The position numbers and the translations under genes were made by a program. A DNA stretch of 34,273 bases, taken from a virus. This document shows positions 1-7,480 of this stretch, in pieces. The stretch's first letter is position 1. Each line of letters begins with the position of its first letter. The notes beneath the pieces are model-generated. The model was given only the letters and a program-made list of their open reading frames with translations, did not search any database and was not told the origin of the DNA. The stretch lies in UHGV virus genome UHGV-0115609; one strand, 5' to 3'.

Positions 1-354
1 TCTGGCAGCCTGAGTTCACAGATAAAACACTCTCCAGGAAACCCGGGGCGGTTCAACACCGATTTACGTGCTCTTTATGACAAGCATAACGTTGCTGGGA
101 TCACGGCATCGCAGACAAACCGTGAAGGTGGCGCGTCAGAAGTTGCCACAATGATGCACGCTGCCGACAACATCGAAAAAGTACGTATTGCTGACCTGGT
201 AATAACGATCAACAAAACCGAAGAAGAAGAAGCGAAAGGAGAGGCTCGTCTCTACTTTGCTGGTTCACGTAACCAGCAGGGAGGGATCAGCATTCGCGTT
301 AAACAAAACCTCGAACAAATGCGCTTCATTGAGCGAATCTTAGACGTTACCTAA
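1..354 (+). CDS. Replicative DNA helicase (DnaB-like), C-terminal fragment; 5' end lies outside the window
   Basis: Frame 1 is open from base 1 to the stop at 352-354. The tail (...ITASQTNREGGASEV..., ...RLYFAGSRNQQGGISIRVKQNLEQMRF) resembles the C-terminal region of DnaB-family helicases; a primase gene follows immediately, as in helicase-primase operons. Confidence 0.55.
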   Translation, partial: SGSLSSQIKHSPGNPGRFNTDLRALYDKHNVAGITASQTNREGGASEVATMMHAADNIEKVRIADLVITINKTEEEEAKGEARLYFAGSRNQQGGISIRVKQNLEQMRFIERILDVT

Positions 355-435
355 AAAATAAGCGTGGAGAACACCTCCACGCTTGATTCATTGGTGAAAC
401 AACTTTTCTTTTGCCAAACCACAAAAGAAAAACAC

Positions 436-1617
436 ATGAGCCTTTATGTTATATCAACATTTAGGTTGGTCACAATATTGCCTGTTAAAAGTGGAATTAT
501 CGTGAGCGAGCTGAAAGAGCTAATTACCGAATTAGATTTTGAACAATGGTTGGATACTGAAGGTATCGTTTATCGACGTGGAGGCGTGAGTACTCGCGGT
601 CGTGAAGTGAATATCAAGGAGTGTCCGGTATGCGGCAGCTCCAACTGGAAGGTATATTTCAATCTGACCAGTGGTGTCGGCAAATGCTTTGCTGGTGATC
701 ATCCCGAAGAGATTCAGTTCAATAAGCTGGTCTTCCTCAAGCACTACAGCGGCAAATCACGACGACAGTTCGAGGAATATGTGCAGAACGCCCTTCTTTC
801 CCAGGGGTGGGCACCAAAGAAAGAAGAGATAGTGCTTGCAAGCACAGTCGAGTTAGAGGGACCACTTGCACTCCCTCGTCATTACGAACTTCCTATAGAT
901 GGCCGTCTTCCAGACTATCTGGTTGAACGAAACATATCGCCTGAAATGGCAAAGTATTTTGACCTACGATACTGCGTCGAAGGTAAGCACGCCTATGTAG
1001 ATCCGTATACAGATCAGGTTAAAGGACAGATATTCGATATGCGAATACTGATACCGGTTTACGATCTGGATGGGGTAATGAAGACATTTCAGGGACGAGA
1101 CATTACCGGTACAGCAGAACGCCGCTATCTCTTTCCTATGCAGCTTCCAGCTTCAGGTAAGTTTCTCTACAACGGCCATAATGCGGTCGGCAAACAGACT
1201 GTAGTTGTCTGTGAGGGGGCGTTCGATGTTATGGGAGTTAAACGAGCTATTTTTGATGAAGAAACATTACGTGATTACGTGGAACCGATAGGAACGTTCG
1301 GGATGCATCTATCTGGTAACACCACTCAGGATGCAGAAGATCAGTTGGGCGCGTTCCTGACGCTCAAGGCGCGTGGATTACGTAATGTGATCATGATGTG
1401 GGATAGTGAAAAGCAAGCTATACGCAACACTATGGCCGCAGCCAGGCGACTGACCAGTATTGGTCTTAATGTCAAAGTAGCATGTTTGGGCGAGGAGGGA
1501 CTCGACCCAGGCGATGCAACGCCAGAACAAATTATCAAAGCCTATTATCGGGCAAAACCGTATACCAAACAGTTGGAGTTGCAAAGCAAGGTTTTGGGCA
1601 TTAAGGCGCTATCGTAA
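436..1617 (+). CDS. DNA primase (DnaG-type: zinc-binding domain plus TOPRIM domain)
   Basis: Cys-rich zinc-finger-like segment KECPVCGSSNWKVYF...GKCFAGDH and TOPRIM-like VVVCEGAFDVMGV. Start placed at ATG 436 (MSLYVIS), preceded by AAAAGAAAAACAC, a context repeated at other gene starts here, rather than at GTG 364 which lies inside a hairpin. Confidence 0.8.
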   Translation: MSLYVISTFRLVTILPVKSGIIVSELKELITELDFEQWLDTEGIVYRRGGVSTRGREVNIKECPVCGSSNWKVYFNLTSGVGKCFAGDHPEEIQFNKLVFLKHYSGKSRRQFEEYVQNALLSQGWAPKKEEIVLASTVELEGPLALPRHYELPIDGRLPDYLVERNISPEMAKYFDLRYCVEGKHAYVDPYTDQVKGQIFDMRILIPVYDLDGVMKTFQGRDITGTAERRYLFPMQLPASGKFLYNGHNAVGKQTVVVCEGAFDVMGVKRAIFDEETLRDYVEPIGTFGMHLSGNTTQDAEDQLGAFLTLKARGLRNVIMMWDSEKQAIRNTMAAARRLTSIGLNVKVACLGEEGLDPGDATPEQIIKAYYRAKPYTKQLELQSKVLGIKALS

Positions 1618-1692
1618 CAAGTGCCGCTAAAATAAGTAGATGATTACTTATCTTTCTGTAAGAATACTTTCATCTGTTAGCTAGGAGTTGGT

Positions 1693-2475
1693 ATGAAAGA
1701 CGAAATTCAGAAATTAGCCTGCGACATCATTGATAAAACTGGTTTAGAAATCAGCGAGTGCAATCGGCTAGACATCATTGAAAAAGCCGTAAAAACAGCA
1801 ATGGATCATATCGCCACTCGTTTGGTTGAGATCCCGCTACCAGGGTTGCCTTATCTGAAAGTTGAGTTACACGTATGGGGAGAACCTTCTTGTGCACGGC
1901 GTTCTGCATTAGTTGTTTTTATTAGCAAAGAAAACCCGCTCAGTCTTAAAGTGCAGGTTGGGGCATGGATGGATGGCAAAGTGATCTACACAAATACCGT
2001 TTTTTGTGCGTCAAATGACAGTATTATTGAAGAGGCTATTCAAGAATCACTTCTAACTATGCATAGCTTAGTTTTGCTGGAAGACAAGCAAAACTACGAA
2101 GAGTACTTACGGTCGATAAAAGGTGAGAGAACATTGTCACTTAAAGCCGATTTCGTTACCCCGACAAACCTGTTGGAAGTCTTGCTTAATAAAGGGGCTA
2201 ATGATGCTGTAAACCTAATCAGGGAGAGCGAATATTCGACTCTTTGGGACATGTGCAAAAGCCAGTTGGATCTTGTGCATATCATTGTTGATGCGGGTAA
2301 GGCGTGTGATGGCGTAATGGCGGAATTTGCTGGGAAGGTGGTCAGGATTGCTAACGAATTACCGATGATAGAGCAAGAGGCTAAATCATACGCCACCAAT
2401 CATGTCACAGAGCTTCTTGCCCCCTATCGCTTAGAAAGCAATCAGCGCAAGATGATTAGCTGGGGAAGTTGGTAA
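1693..2475 (+). CDS. Hypothetical protein (260 aa)
   Basis: Long ORF with ATG start preceded by GGAG (ctaggagttggtATG); no recognisable motif. Confidence 0.6.
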   Translation: MKDEIQKLACDIIDKTGLEISECNRLDIIEKAVKTAMDHIATRLVEIPLPGLPYLKVELHVWGEPSCARRSALVVFISKENPLSLKVQVGAWMDGKVIYTNTVFCASNDSIIEEAIQESLLTMHSLVLLEDKQNYEEYLRSIKGERTLSLKADFVTPTNLLEVLLNKGANDAVNLIRESEYSTLWDMCKSQLDLVHIIVDAGKACDGVMAEFAGKVVRIANELPMIEQEAKSYATNHVTELLAPYRLESNQRKMISWGSW

Positions 2476-2530
2476 TCTCTCAGTGTGTCGTTTTTTACGC
2501 AAAGAATGATAGGTAAGTACAAGATTATTT

Positions 2531-3013
2531 GTGGCGGTGGTTGTGAAAGCTGATTTGTCAAAAATCCCCTCTATTTCAGGAAATAATGGTTATTCACTTC
2601 GTTGTGAGGAAGTAAAGATAAACGGTGAGTCGGCATATTGCAGCTACTCCGTTTGCCAGCACACCATTCTTGCCTTCAAAGAAAACCGTCTTCCTCGAAC
2701 TTCATTCCAGTCGTGCGCAACCGTTATCAAAGCAGGCAAATGCAAGGCGTTAAAAATGATGGTTGAAGAGATTCGTAAAGGAGAATCTCTGTATTTCGAA
2801 GATATGACCGCACTCATTAAGGAGGTTGAAGAACGGAATAAACAAGCCAGAACTATAAAACGAAAACGTGACAGTGTAACGATTAATAGCATGGTTAAGA
2901 AGAGCGCCACATCACAAACAGCGATCACTGACGTGTATGCGGCGTTGCTTGAAGAAACAACAAAAGAAACACATGAGCAAATCGATCAACATATGGAGGC
3001 AAAACAACAATGA
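2531..3013 (+). CDS. Hypothetical protein, Cys-rich N-terminal part; start uncertain (GTG 2531 or internal ATG 2756)
   Basis: ORF in the same orientation as its neighbours, its stop overlapping the ligase start (ATGA at 3010-3013). No clear RBS before 2531. Confidence 0.45.
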   Translation: MAVVVKADLSKIPSISGNNGYSLRCEEVKINGESAYCSYSVCQHTILAFKENRLPRTSFQSCATVIKAGKCKALKMMVEEIRKGESLYFEDMTALIKEVEERNKQARTIKRKRDSVTINSMVKKSATSQTAITDVYAALLEETTKETHEQIDQHMEAKQQ

Positions 3014-4332
3014 AAAAGTTGATCGCACTTAAGCATAAGCTGGACGAAATGAAAGCTATGGGAACCAATGCAAAAAAAGAGGCATTGGCCAACATGGATG
3101 ACTTTGAACAAAGCATGGTTTCATTGATGCTCAACCCTTTCATCCGTTTTGGGGTAAAGAAATACAAAGTGGCAGAGCCGCTTAGTGAGTCCGTCCCAAG
3201 TGACGAAAAAGCCATTGATGTACTGAATAAGCTGGCCTCTCGCGAGCTGACGGGGAACGCAGCAATAGCAGCTGTTGAGTCTATCGTGGCGTCAATGTGC
3301 GCCGATGGGCAGGACGTGTTCCGTCGTTTCCTCTTAAAAGACCCGAAAGCAGGTGTTGGGATTAGCCTATGCAACAAGGTTTTTGAAAATCCCATTCCGA
3401 AATTCGAGGTGCAGCTGGCGTCACCGTATAAAGAAAAAGGCGACAAATACCCCTTCAAGCCAAATCCTAAAGCAAAATGGCCGATGATTGGCAGTCTTAA
3501 GCTCGATGGTTTGCGAGTAATTTGCGAGGTTATTGTTGACGAGGAAGAGGTTAACTTCCTTTCTCGTACTGGTAATCCAATCACGTCTCTCGATCACCTA
3601 AAGCCAGCAATGCTCGAATTAGGCAAACTTTCAGGCCACAAACACATCTTCTTCGATGGTGAAGGAACAGCCGGTTCATTTAACCAGTCCGTATCTGCAT
3701 TGCGCAAAAAGAACGTGCAGGCAATTGGCGCTATTTATCATGTTTTCGACTTCTTCCTACCGGAATGGCGGGCACAGGCTAAATCCAAAGAGTATGCAAA
3801 GACAGGTATGAAGCTGAAAGAGCGCCTGGCTATTCTCGTGGCGTTGTTCAAAAACGATCGCAGTGAAGGCTACGCACAAGACATTCACCTGCATCCGTTC
3901 TATATCATCCATAGCCACGAAGATTTCATCGAACGCTTCATGAAACGCCTGGACGATAACGAAGAAGGGGAGATGGGCAAAGATCCGAACTCTGTTTACG
4001 AGTTTAAACGTACCCGCAGCTGGTGGAAGTTAAAAGACGAAGATTCAGAAGATGGTGAAATTATCGACTTTGAGCCGGGCGACCCGGACTCTGGTTTTGC
4101 CAACACACTTGGAAAAATTGTTATTCGTCTTGAAAACGGCGTCATCGTTCGTGCGAGCGGCATTAAGCATAAATATCTGGACGAGATCTGGAACAACAAA
4201 GAGAAGTACCGTGGTCGTATTGTCGAGGTTCATTGTCACGAGAAAACACCTGATGGCAGCTTACGCCACCCACGACTGAAATGGCCGCGTTGCTTACGCG
4301 ATACCGAAGATCGAATCGGAGATAAAGAATGA
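3010..4332 (+). CDS. ATP-dependent DNA ligase
   Basis: Adenylation motif I KxDGxR present as SLKLDGLRVI; size (440 aa) fits phage ATP-dependent ligases. Translationally coupled to neighbours (ATGA overlaps at both ends). Confidence 0.8.
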   Translation: MKKLIALKHKLDEMKAMGTNAKKEALANMDDFEQSMVSLMLNPFIRFGVKKYKVAEPLSESVPSDEKAIDVLNKLASRELTGNAAIAAVESIVASMCADGQDVFRRFLLKDPKAGVGISLCNKVFENPIPKFEVQLASPYKEKGDKYPFKPNPKAKWPMIGSLKLDGLRVICEVIVDEEEVNFLSRTGNPITSLDHLKPAMLELGKLSGHKHIFFDGEGTAGSFNQSVSALRKKNVQAIGAIYHVFDFFLPEWRAQAKSKEYAKTGMKLKERLAILVALFKNDRSEGYAQDIHLHPFYIIHSHEDFIERFMKRLDDNEEGEMGKDPNSVYEFKRTRSWWKLKDEDSEDGEIIDFEPGDPDSGFANTLGKIVIRLENGVIVRASGIKHKYLDEIWNNKEKYRGRIVEVHCHEKTPDGSLRHPRLKWPRCLRDTEDRIGDKE

Positions 4333-4544
4333 TCGTATTAAGTAAACGGGAGAAAGAAACGCTTCATGAAATAAGTAAGTGGCCGGAGTTCCCTGAGTAC
4401 TGGAAGCCTAAAACGCGAGCTAAGTTAGAGCGTTTAGGGTTGGTTGCAAACGTTTCTGAAACGCGGTGTTCGGCCAACTACCAGTTAACTGATAAAGGGA
4501 AAGTATTGCTAAAGCAATTAGTAGAATCAGGAGTGTTAAAATGA
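4329..4544 (+). CDS. Hypothetical small protein (71 aa)
   Basis: ORF overlapping the ligase stop (ATGA at 4329-4332) and the next small gene; coding-like composition. Confidence 0.5.
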   Translation: MIVLSKREKETLHEISKWPEFPEYWKPKTRAKLERLGLVANVSETRCSANYQLTDKGKVLLKQLVESGVLK

Positions 4545-4693
4545 TTCCATACATCTCATTAGCTTTTATGGGTGGCTTCCTTATCGGCTTCGGCATCTGT
4601 CGTGATTTAATTAAGCAGGAACTTAAAACCAAAACACTGTGCATCGGAAAGCGTGTGTATCGGGTAGTTCATGAAACAAAGGTTAGAAAATGA
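4541..4693 (+). CDS. Small predicted membrane protein (50 aa; below the ORF-track cutoff)
   Basis: ATG 4541 preceded by AGGAGTG; hand translation MIPYISLAFMGGFLIGFGICRDLIKQELKTKTLCIGKRVYRVVHETKVRK with a hydrophobic N-terminal segment; ATGA overlaps with both flanking genes. Confidence 0.45.
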   Translation: MIPYISLAFMGGFLIGFGICRDLIKQELKTKTLCIGKRVYRVVHETKVRK

Positions 4694-4980
4694 GCAATTT
4701 AACTTCTTGGGACTGGTGGTTGGCCACCTATTTCTTAGCGGCCGGAGTCGCATTCGCCTTTTACGTAGGTCAGTTAGTCGTAAAACTGTTGCTGATAAAA
4801 TTTGCTAGTCATAAACGTATCGATGATGGTCTGTGGCGTCTTGGCACCCTGGTGGAAACTCGCTACGGGCAACTTAAGGAGAACGAAACCATTACTATCC
4901 AAGCGAAACGGTTCACTGCCACCATCACAAGAACACCTAGTCGTAGAGTGGCCTTGATCAAAAAAGTCACAACCGAATAA
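4690..4980 (+). CDS. Hypothetical membrane protein (96 aa)
   Basis: N-terminal hydrophobic helix WWLATYFLAAGVAFAFYVGQLVV; coupled to the upstream small ORF. Confidence 0.55.
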   Translation: MSNLTSWDWWLATYFLAAGVAFAFYVGQLVVKLLLIKFASHKRIDDGLWRLGTLVETRYGQLKENETITIQAKRFTATITRTPSRRVALIKKVTTE

Positions 4981-5185
4981 AAATACAATGATAAGTATTT
5001 ACTTACTTATCTTTTATGTATAAGATGACTTTGTTTTCGTTGAGACGCGACTGTTTGAACTTAAATACAAGTGCAAACGAAGAAGTCTATCTGGCAGTAG
5101 CCTAATAAGCCAAACACCAGCGAGGTCAGTTTCCAGCCTCGTTACCGAAATGGGACACACTGAGCGAGTGTGATTGCAGAACGCA

Positions 5186-5209
5186 GGAGGGAACATTCAT
5201 GTTCCCTCC
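5186..5209 (+). other. Perfect hairpin GGAGGGAAC-ATTCAT-GTTCCCTCC (9-bp stem)
   Basis: Directly visible inverted repeat in the non-coding leader of the tRNA cluster; encloses a GGAGG...ATG arrangement. Confidence 0.5.
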
Positions 5210-5370
5210 GATGAAGTAACAGAATGGGCGGTTGGTATATTTTCAACTCCATATGACTCCCGGATTCTTAGCCACTGACCGCCCATCCTGTTACGTCATT
5301 TTGTTCAATTATGTCGTTTATACTGGGTTAAAAAGCGGCGACGTAGCCCGGCTGGTATGGTTAGCCAGCA

Positions 5371-5492
5371 CACAACGTTGAGGCCATTACATTTTTATCA
5401 ATTCTAAGGTTCTATTCACAGAGATACCGGCGAGCGTTGATATGTAACATGTTGGGCAAACATTCAATCGGAGTAGTGGCCTCAACGTTGTG
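5371..5492 (+). ncRNA. Long hairpin H1 (stem about 20 bp, loop about 82 nt) in the tRNA-cluster leader
   Basis: Left arm CACAACGTTGAGGCCATTAC (5371-5390) pairs with right arm GTAGTGGCCTCAACGTTGTG (5473-5492) with one G-U-type mismatch. Confidence 0.45.
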
Positions 5493-5758
5493 AAGACAGG
5501 ATTGTTGTGTAGGTTTAACCACTGTTGCCATTGGTGCCTGTTTTCACAACAAATGATTCCATACATCACATTGTATAAATTACAAAGTAGGTGCTGTCCT
5601 CAGAAACATCATCTACTTAAAGATTTTGCCTTCTACTATTGAGCGAAGTCGAAAGCGTCTGGCACTAACGAAAAGTGCAAGTAGCGGTGCGTTTCCTGGC
5701 AGAAACTAAACCGTCGCGATTGGCACTGTTGAGTAATAAATACTGGCAGTGCTGAATT

Positions 5759-5833
5759 GATGGTGTAGCTCAGCGGTAGAGCAGTTGGCTGTTAACCAAC
5801 TGGTCGGTGGTTCGAATCCACCCACCATCGCCA
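5759..5833 (+). tRNA. tRNA-Asn (anticodon GTT)
   Basis: Cloverleaf by hand: acceptor GATGGTG/CACCATC, D-arm GCTCAGCGGTAGAGC, anticodon stem GTTGG/CCAAC with loop CTGTTAA, T-arm GGTGG-TTCGAAT-CCACC, discriminator G, encoded CCA. Confidence 0.85.
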
Positions 5834-5838
5834 ATTTA

Positions 5839-5925
5839 GGGGAGTTAGTCCGTAGGGGCAGCGGGGTAGACTGTAAATCTACTGTCATTGCGACTCGGGT
5901 GGTTCGACTCCATCACTCCCCACCA
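5839..5925 (+). tRNA. tRNA-Tyr (anticodon GTA), type II with long variable arm
   Basis: Acceptor GGGGAGT/ACTCCCC, anticodon stem GTAGA/TCTAC with loop CTGTAAA, long variable arm, T-loop TTCGACT, encoded CCA. The anticodon arm closely resembles E. coli tRNA-Tyr. Confidence 0.75.
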
Positions 5926-5929
5926 AATT

Positions 5930-6005
5930 GCCGGTTTAGCTCAGTTGGTAGAGCGCCTGCCTTGTAAGCAGGATGTCAGCGGTTCGATCCCGTTAACCGG
6001 CACCA
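5930..6005 (+). tRNA. tRNA-Thr (anticodon TGT)
   Basis: Acceptor GCCGGTT/AACCGGC, D-arm AGCTCAGTTGGTAGAGC, anticodon stem CCTGC/GCAGG with loop CTTGTAA, T-loop TTCGATC, encoded CCA. Confidence 0.8.
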
Positions 6006-6006
6006 A

Positions 6007-6095
6007 CACAACAGGTAAGAGCATTGGGCGAATCGGCGATACTGACCCACAAGCCCGTAAATCGATAGAGTCAGACCAGTGCTCTTACCGTTGTG
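6007..6095 (+). ncRNA. Long hairpin H2 starting 1 nt after the tRNA-Thr CCA
   Basis: Left arm CACAACAGGTAAGAGCATTGG (6007-6027) pairs with right arm CCAGTGCTCTTACCGTTGTG (6076-6095), with one bulge and one mismatch. Confidence 0.45.
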
Positions 6096-6145
6096 AGGAA
6101 GTGCAGCTCTTTGAAGCAACCAGAAGATAAGCATCTGGCTTCACA

Positions 6146-6228
6146 ACACAACGATAAGATCATTACGGTTAATCGTCGTTCATGTGCACAATGACTGGTC
6201 GAAAGGTAGTGATCTTACCGTTGTGGTG
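6146..6228 (+). ncRNA. Long hairpin H3, paralogous to H2
   Basis: Left arm CACAACGATAAGATCATTAC pairs with right arm GGTAGTGATCTTACCGTTGTGGTG; shares the CACAAC...GTAAGA...CGTTGTG framework with H2. Confidence 0.4.
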
Positions 6229-6369
6229 GATTCGCAGACTGATGCGATAGCTTTCTTGGATGTTAGGGAAATGCGGCCGCAAATCTTCCCTTTCGCGAGC
6301 GGTGATCGTCCGTAGTCCTAATTGGCTGCACCGTATGCCGGAGATTCAGTACCGGCCACCACAACGGCC

Positions 6370-6456
6370 GGAGAGTAGGGAGCATGGTGCTCAAGCGGTC
6401 TTGAAAACCGTCCCATTGCGCAAGCGATGATGGTTCGATTCCATTACTCTCCGCCA
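6370..6456 (+). tRNA. tRNA-Ser (anticodon TGA), type II with long variable arm
   Basis: Acceptor GGAGAGT/ACTCTCC, anticodon stem GCGGT/ACCGT with loop CTTGAAA, long variable arm, T-loop TTCGATT, discriminator G, encoded CCA. Confidence 0.75.
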
Positions 6457-6457
6457 G

Positions 6458-6537
6458 ACACAGCGTTGAGCGGTTTGGCCTTTTAATCACCCAGATTAAG
6501 ACTCCGCTAACATAAACCAGACCGCTCAACGCTGTGA
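6458..6537 (+). ncRNA. Long hairpin H4 starting 1 nt after the tRNA-Ser CCA
   Basis: Left arm ACACAGCGTTGAGCGGTTTGG (6458-6478) pairs with right arm CCAGACCGCTCAACGCTGTGA (6517-6537) with one mismatch; the arm sequence resembles H1. Confidence 0.45.
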
Positions 6538-6611
6538 TAGACAATTACGGCAGACGTTCTTAACCATAGCTTGCTAACATCCTAGCAACACTTTTTTTCA
6601 GCGCAAAATTC

Positions 6612-6636
6612 AAAGGGGCTTCGGCCCCTTTTTTGC
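6612..6636 (+). terminator. Rho-independent terminator closing the tRNA region
   Basis: AAAGGGGC-TTCG-GCCCCTTTTTTG: GC-rich stem, tetraloop and T-tract. Confidence 0.8.
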
Positions 6637-6677
6637 AACTGAAAGAGTCAAGTCTACGAACTTTGTAGGAAGAAATA

Positions 6678-7028
6678 ATGACCAGCAAAGATAACACACC
6701 ACTAAAAGTCACCCCTGAACACATTGAACAACTCATTCAAAGTGAACATTATTTCACTGCATATGATGCCAGCCACGGGGATAACTTCATCTCCGTTTAC
6801 AATTCAAAAACAGATATCGACAAATGTCATGAGTCGTTAAAACTCTTAACGTTCTGCGTTATGGTTCTCAAAAATGGATATACCGTAACGGGAAAATCTG
6901 CGTGCGTAAGACCAGAAATCTTCAACTTTGATGTTGGTCGCGAGTACGCTCGAAAAGATGCTATCGATCAAATCTGGCCCCTGGAAGGCTATCTCCTGAA
7001 GCAAAAGTGGCATGAGGCAAAGCAATGA
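6678..7028 (+). CDS. Hypothetical protein (116 aa)
   Basis: ORF with RBS-like GGAAG upstream of the ATG; its stop overlaps the start of the glutaredoxin gene. Confidence 0.55.
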   Translation: MTSKDNTPLKVTPEHIEQLIQSEHYFTAYDASHGDNFISVYNSKTDIDKCHESLKLLTFCVMVLKNGYTVTGKSACVRPEIFNFDVGREYARKDAIDQIWPLEGYLLKQKWHEAKQ

Positions 7029-7270
7029 CGATCACTATCTACGGACGAGATAACTGCTCATACTGCAAACGTGCGGTCGAGCTGGCGAAGCAACTAAAGG
7101 GACATGGCTACGGTGATTATGAGTACATCGACATCACCACTGCCGGTATCGACAAGGAAAAACTAAGTGAAATTGTTGGTAAACCGGTAGAGACTATCCC
7201 CCAAGTGCTGATCGATGGCCAACCGATTGGCGGATACACAGAACTGGCTGCATACGTCAGCACCCTCTGA
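7025..7270 (+). CDS. Glutaredoxin-like protein (NrdH/Grx-type thiol-disulfide oxidoreductase)
   Basis: 81 aa with IYGRDNCSYCKRA (CxxC active site after a beta-strand) and C-terminal PQVLIDGQPIGGYTEL, the glutaredoxin fold signature. Confidence 0.75.
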   Translation: MTITIYGRDNCSYCKRAVELAKQLKGHGYGDYEYIDITTAGIDKEKLSEIVGKPVETIPQVLIDGQPIGGYTELAAYVSTL

Positions 7271-7274
7271 TTTT

Positions 7275-7300
7275 AACGGCTCACAGGAGCCGTTTTTATT
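7275..7300 (+). terminator. Rho-independent terminator after the glutaredoxin gene
   Basis: AACGGCTC-ACAG-GAGCCGTT followed by TTTTATT. Confidence 0.75.
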
Positions 7301-7349
7301 CCCACCAAACTCACTCCCGTTTCCCTTAAAATTCAAAAAACAACGTCAA

Positions 7350-7382
7350 AATGATTCCATACCTACTATGTATGGAATCATT
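7350..7382. promoter_or_regulatory. Perfect 13-7-13 inverted repeat AATGATTCCATAC-CTACTAT-GTATGGAATCATT; candidate recombinase core site or operator
   Basis: Seen directly in the sequence, about 100 bp upstream of the tyrosine recombinase gene. The geometry matches the arm-spacer-arm layout of tyrosine-recombinase core sites. Confidence 0.45.
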
Positions 7383-7480
7383 AGTAAAAATGAGTTACTT
7401 TTACTCTTGATCCTATAAGAATCTATGCCTAATATACTGTTTACTTATACAGTACATCGGCGTAACTCGGTGATTGTCAT

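Noticed and set aside
364-435. GTG 364 as the primase start (longer ORF)
   Set aside because: GTG 364 lies inside the hairpin GCGTGGA...TCCACGC that follows the helicase stop. ATG 436 carries the conserved AAAAGAAAAACAC initiation context seen at other genes.
2925-3584. 219-aa minus-strand ORF antisense to the ligase gene
   Set aside because: It lies entirely within the well-supported ligase CDS on the opposite strand; the same applies to antisense ORFs inside dnaE, recA, repA and sbcC.
6240-6369. Possible fifth tRNA upstream of tRNA-Ser (region ends in CCGGCCACCA)
   Set aside because: No canonical T-loop or acceptor pairing could be built; the CCGGCC...GGCCGG palindrome explains the apparent CCA end.
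5706-6544. ORF-track entries 5706..5888 (-), 5785..5967 (+), 5888..6130 (+) and 6263..6544 (-)
   Set aside because: They overlap the four tRNA genes and the long hairpins, have no RBS and read like translated structured RNA; treated as spurious.
7215-7418. 67-aa ORF overlapping the glutaredoxin 3' end and the 13-7-13 inverted repeat
   Set aside because: It spans a terminator and a palindromic site, has low-complexity leucine-rich sequence and no RBS; the region is more likely regulatory DNA.
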